A stretch of 63,615 bases of DNA, filler included, from Hyphochytrium catenoides (taxonomy: Eukaryota > Protista > Hyphochytriomycota), in NCBI GenBank assembly GCA_900088475.1. It is 10 parts of 10 records of this genome, joined end to end, with 100 filler letters (N's around TTAATTAATTAA, not from the genome) between each part and the next. Parts side by side here need not be neighbours in the genome. Positions count along the whole stretch, not along the records: positions 55,435 to 60,704 come from FLMG01004079.1; positions 60,805 to 62,007 come from FLMG01000537.1; positions 62,108 to 63,615 come from FLMG01002652.1; 7 more parts are not named here. One strand, given 5' to 3'. Shown here piece by piece: positions 60,573-63,615 of this stretch; within the stretch, counting starts at the first letter, position 1, and every line of letters starts with the position of its first letter. Under the pieces are notes generated by a model. The model searched no databases and was not told where the DNA came from. It saw only the letters and a program-made list of their open reading frames with translations. Both the position numbers and the translations under genes were made by a program.

Positions 60573-62349
60573 GGAAGAGGACAGACACACACACGCGCGT
60601 CTCTCTCTCTCTCTCTGCTTATTTCTCTGTATGTATTGAAGAGAGAGAGACTCTTTTAATTGCCAGCTTGACTTCTCTGCCAAGAGAGAGAGAGAGAGAG
60701 AGAGNNNNNNNNNNNNNNNNNNNNNNNNNNNNNNNNNNNNNNNNNNNNTTAATTAATTAANNNNNNNNNNNNNNNNNNNNNNNNNNNNNNNNNNNNNNNN
60801 NNNNGCGGGCAATAGTATCCATACAGAGAAGGAGGGATTGACGTCTTCGATTCTTTCCGTGTTATCTACTGGAAGGCGAGTAGTAAATATGAAGCTGTTC
60901 AAGAAGCGGAGCGAACAGAGAAATATCTTAGTAGGCGTAATATGCTAGGCCCAGACTTCGTTGCTCCTGGACGAATCAAGGACAATGTCAAGTATGTGCT
61001 GTCGCTTCTCTTCCTTCATAGGCGCGGCATCTTTGAGCCTATCTTCACCCTTCTGCTCTACCTTAAGGGGAAAACTTGTGATTTACAGTCGTTCTCAATT
61101 TTGGCAACGCAGGCTACATATTGAGAGTGTAAACACTGGTATAGAGTACGTGGACTATTGGCGCAATCCCTATCTNNNNNNNNNNNNNNNNNNNNNNNNC
61201 AGATTCCCTGAGATCCCATATTACACAGCGGCTAGCGGGATTAAGAGCGCAGTTTACCCTCGGGGTCTCTTTGAGATTTAGACGATAACGTTACCATCTT
61301 CTAGTCCGGTTCCCTCCGTAACCTAGCTCGTCTTTGGCTTCTAATCACCTCGACTTCGCCTCTATTTCTCTTACAAAGTCCTCCATGGTCCTTATATAGC
61401 TGGTGTTGAAGCCATCGCCTTTCTATGACTGATAACAGAGGAGCACGATTCTCAGAAATAGATCTTGGGTAGGTTGATGGGAACAGTGATGCAGAGAAAA
61501 GGGCCGATGATTTAGAGTATCACCCTTCGCGAGATGTGGAGGAGGAGGACGAGGCCCAAAGACATGGTACAGGCTCATAGTCTGTGGCTGAAAAGCTTAA
61601 TGGACGAATGGTTCTCTTCGTCATCAGCATCCCCGCTAAAGTGAGAATGGAAAACCTCCGTTTCCTGTAAAGGAGCAAGTTGCGTTAAGAGTACAGCGTT
61701 TGCCTTCCCCAGAAGGTTCCCTCTTATTCTGACCTCCTTTTCAGTTCCCGGGGAGCTCGTCTATCTTGTGCAGAGTTACAATGATTGTCTCGTTCTCTCT
61801 CTTTCGGTTCAGCTCTATCTTTCGTGCCTTAGGCCGTACTCAGGCTTCTAGATAACTACTTTTCGGGTGCACGTCAAAGTCTCCGGATCTGCATGTTCCC
61901 ACTCTATCGACATCGCCTTGTATCCCCTTCACTATCCTCTTGTTCTCTTGGTAGGGGGTCTATGGGTGATGGCTTACCTGCCGGTAGCCATTACATCTCA
62001 GGAATCGNNNNNNNNNNNNNNNNNNNNNNNNNNNNNNNNNNNNNNNNNNNNTTAATTAATTAANNNNNNNNNNNNNNNNNNNNNNNNNNNNNNNNNNNNN
62101 NNNNNNNCGTCTCTTCTTCTCTCTTTTGCTGTATTACACAGAGAATACGAGGAGAGAGACGCTCGGCGTGGAGAGAGAGAGAGGAGGAGTTGTTGCTTTT
62201 CTCTCTTACTGCTCTTCTTCGCCTGGTGACTAGCAAAGGATCCCACTTGGAGAGAGAGAGAACGAGAGAGGAGAGAGGCAGTCTCTCTCCTCGGCATCTC
62301 GTTCCTCTGTCTTTTCTTAGGAGAAACAGAGCTGGGGAGAACAAGGTAA

Positions 62350-62461
62350 AAGGCGGAATGAAGAGATTGTAGCAGCAGATGATGAGCGACGAAAGAGAGG
62401 AGAAGGAGAGAGAGAGGACGGGAAGAGAGAGAGAGAGAGAGAAACAGAGAGAGAGAGAGAG

Positions 62462-62505
<44 letters not shown>

Positions 62506-63550
62506 AAGAGAGAGAAAGAGAAGAGAGAGAGGTATGAGAGAGAGAGAGATTTATAAATAACAGCGATAGGGAAAGACAGAGTTCACAGCAAAATATCCTT
62601 CCCATTCTGTCCTGTGTCAAAGCCCTTGAAAGACATGCAATCTGTTATCTAGTTCTACTCTGTCTCGAGCTAGTGGTAAGCGGCTAACGGCAAGAATGTC
62701 TCCTCTTCTTCTTCTTCTTCTTCGGCCTTTCATCATCAATGTCTTTCTTCTTCTGTTCTTGATTTCATCTTCAGCTCATGATCTTCTCTCTCTTTCTTGC
62801 TCCCTTTCGCACTGTCTCTCTCTCTCTCTCTTTCTCTCTCTCTCCTCTTTCTTTCTTTCTCTCTTCTCTCTCTTTCTCTCTTATTTTTTTCTCTCTCTCT
62901 CTCGCCTCTTTCTTTCTTTCTCCCTCTCTCTCTCTCTCTCTCCTTTTTCTCTCTTTTTCTCTCTTTCTCTTTTCTTCTTCCCCCACTTCTTCTCATCCTA
63001 TATCTTTTTTGCTCTCTTTTTCTTCTCTTTCTTCGATTGCTATTACTTCCTTGAAAATCCCGCCTCTATCATTTATCTTCTAATGATAATTTCTCCCTCC
63101 TACCACTTCCCCTCTTCTCTCTTTTACTTCTCTGCCTTCTAGTCTTCTGCGCTCGTATCACCGCCACGTCGGTGCATCGTTCTCTCTCTCACACAGTCTC
63201 TTCTCTTTGTCTTCTTTCTTCTGTCCTTCCTGTTGTTTCTCTCTTCTTTTTTGTCTCTTTCTTCCCCTCCTTTTTCTCTCTCTCCCTCAGATCACACACA
63301 AGCTCTCACTTCTCTTCTCTTCTTTCTCCCTCAAACACAACGCTCTCGTTCTCCTCCTCTGCTTGTCTCTTCTTTGTCTCTCTTTCTCTCTCTCTCACGC
63401 ACACACTATCTCTCTCTCCTCCTCCTCTCTCCTCCACCTCTCTATTGTCCTTTCTCTCTACAATCTCTCCTCTCTCTTCAGTTCTCTATCTCTCTCTCTT
63501 GCTCTTCTCTCTCTCTCTCTGTGTCTGTCTCTCTCTCTCTATGTGTCCTG
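62350..63550. repeat. (GA)n/(CT)n low-complexity tracts, representative of those throughout the genic scaffolds
   Basis: Long near-pure purine or pyrimidine runs are visible directly; internal N gaps mostly fall in such tracts. Confidence 0.9.
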
Positions 63551-63615
63551 TAGTTCTCGGCGAACGTTCCATACGAGGGGCCTGAAGTACTCTAAAACGT
63601 GAAGTCAAGATGCCA

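Overview
Eukaryotic DNA, probably from a protist (inference from gene content; the taxon cannot be fixed from sequence alone), with GT-AG introns and the standard code. The window is not one locus. It is ten scaffolds joined by nine artificial 100-bp linkers (N44-TTAATTAATTAA-N44), giving segments 1-6890, 6991-9355, 9456-15436, 15537-29936, 30037-31143, 31244-48957, 49058-55334, 55435-60704, 60805-62007 and 62108-63615. Two sequence compartments alternate. The first is genes whose introns are packed with (CT)n/(GA)n: an L-type lectin-domain protein, an LZTR1-like Kelch-BTB protein, an FMO, an ENT-like nucleoside transporter and an IQ-motif protein. The second is microsatellite-poor DNA with nested Ty1/Copia relics, solo LTRs with readable target-site duplications, Helentron/DINE-1-like ends, a Pif1-type helicase relic, a MITE, a decayed PiT phosphate transporter and a 7TM-RGS receptor gene. 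Two intronless membrane-anchored proteins resemble families I recall from bacteria and fungi. The best candidate for something undescribed is an LTR-like family (copies at 1099 and 48074) carrying a conserved tRNA-like Pol III module, a possible tRNA analogue of the 5S-bearing Cassandra elements. Most short ORFs in the supplied track are microsatellite artefacts.
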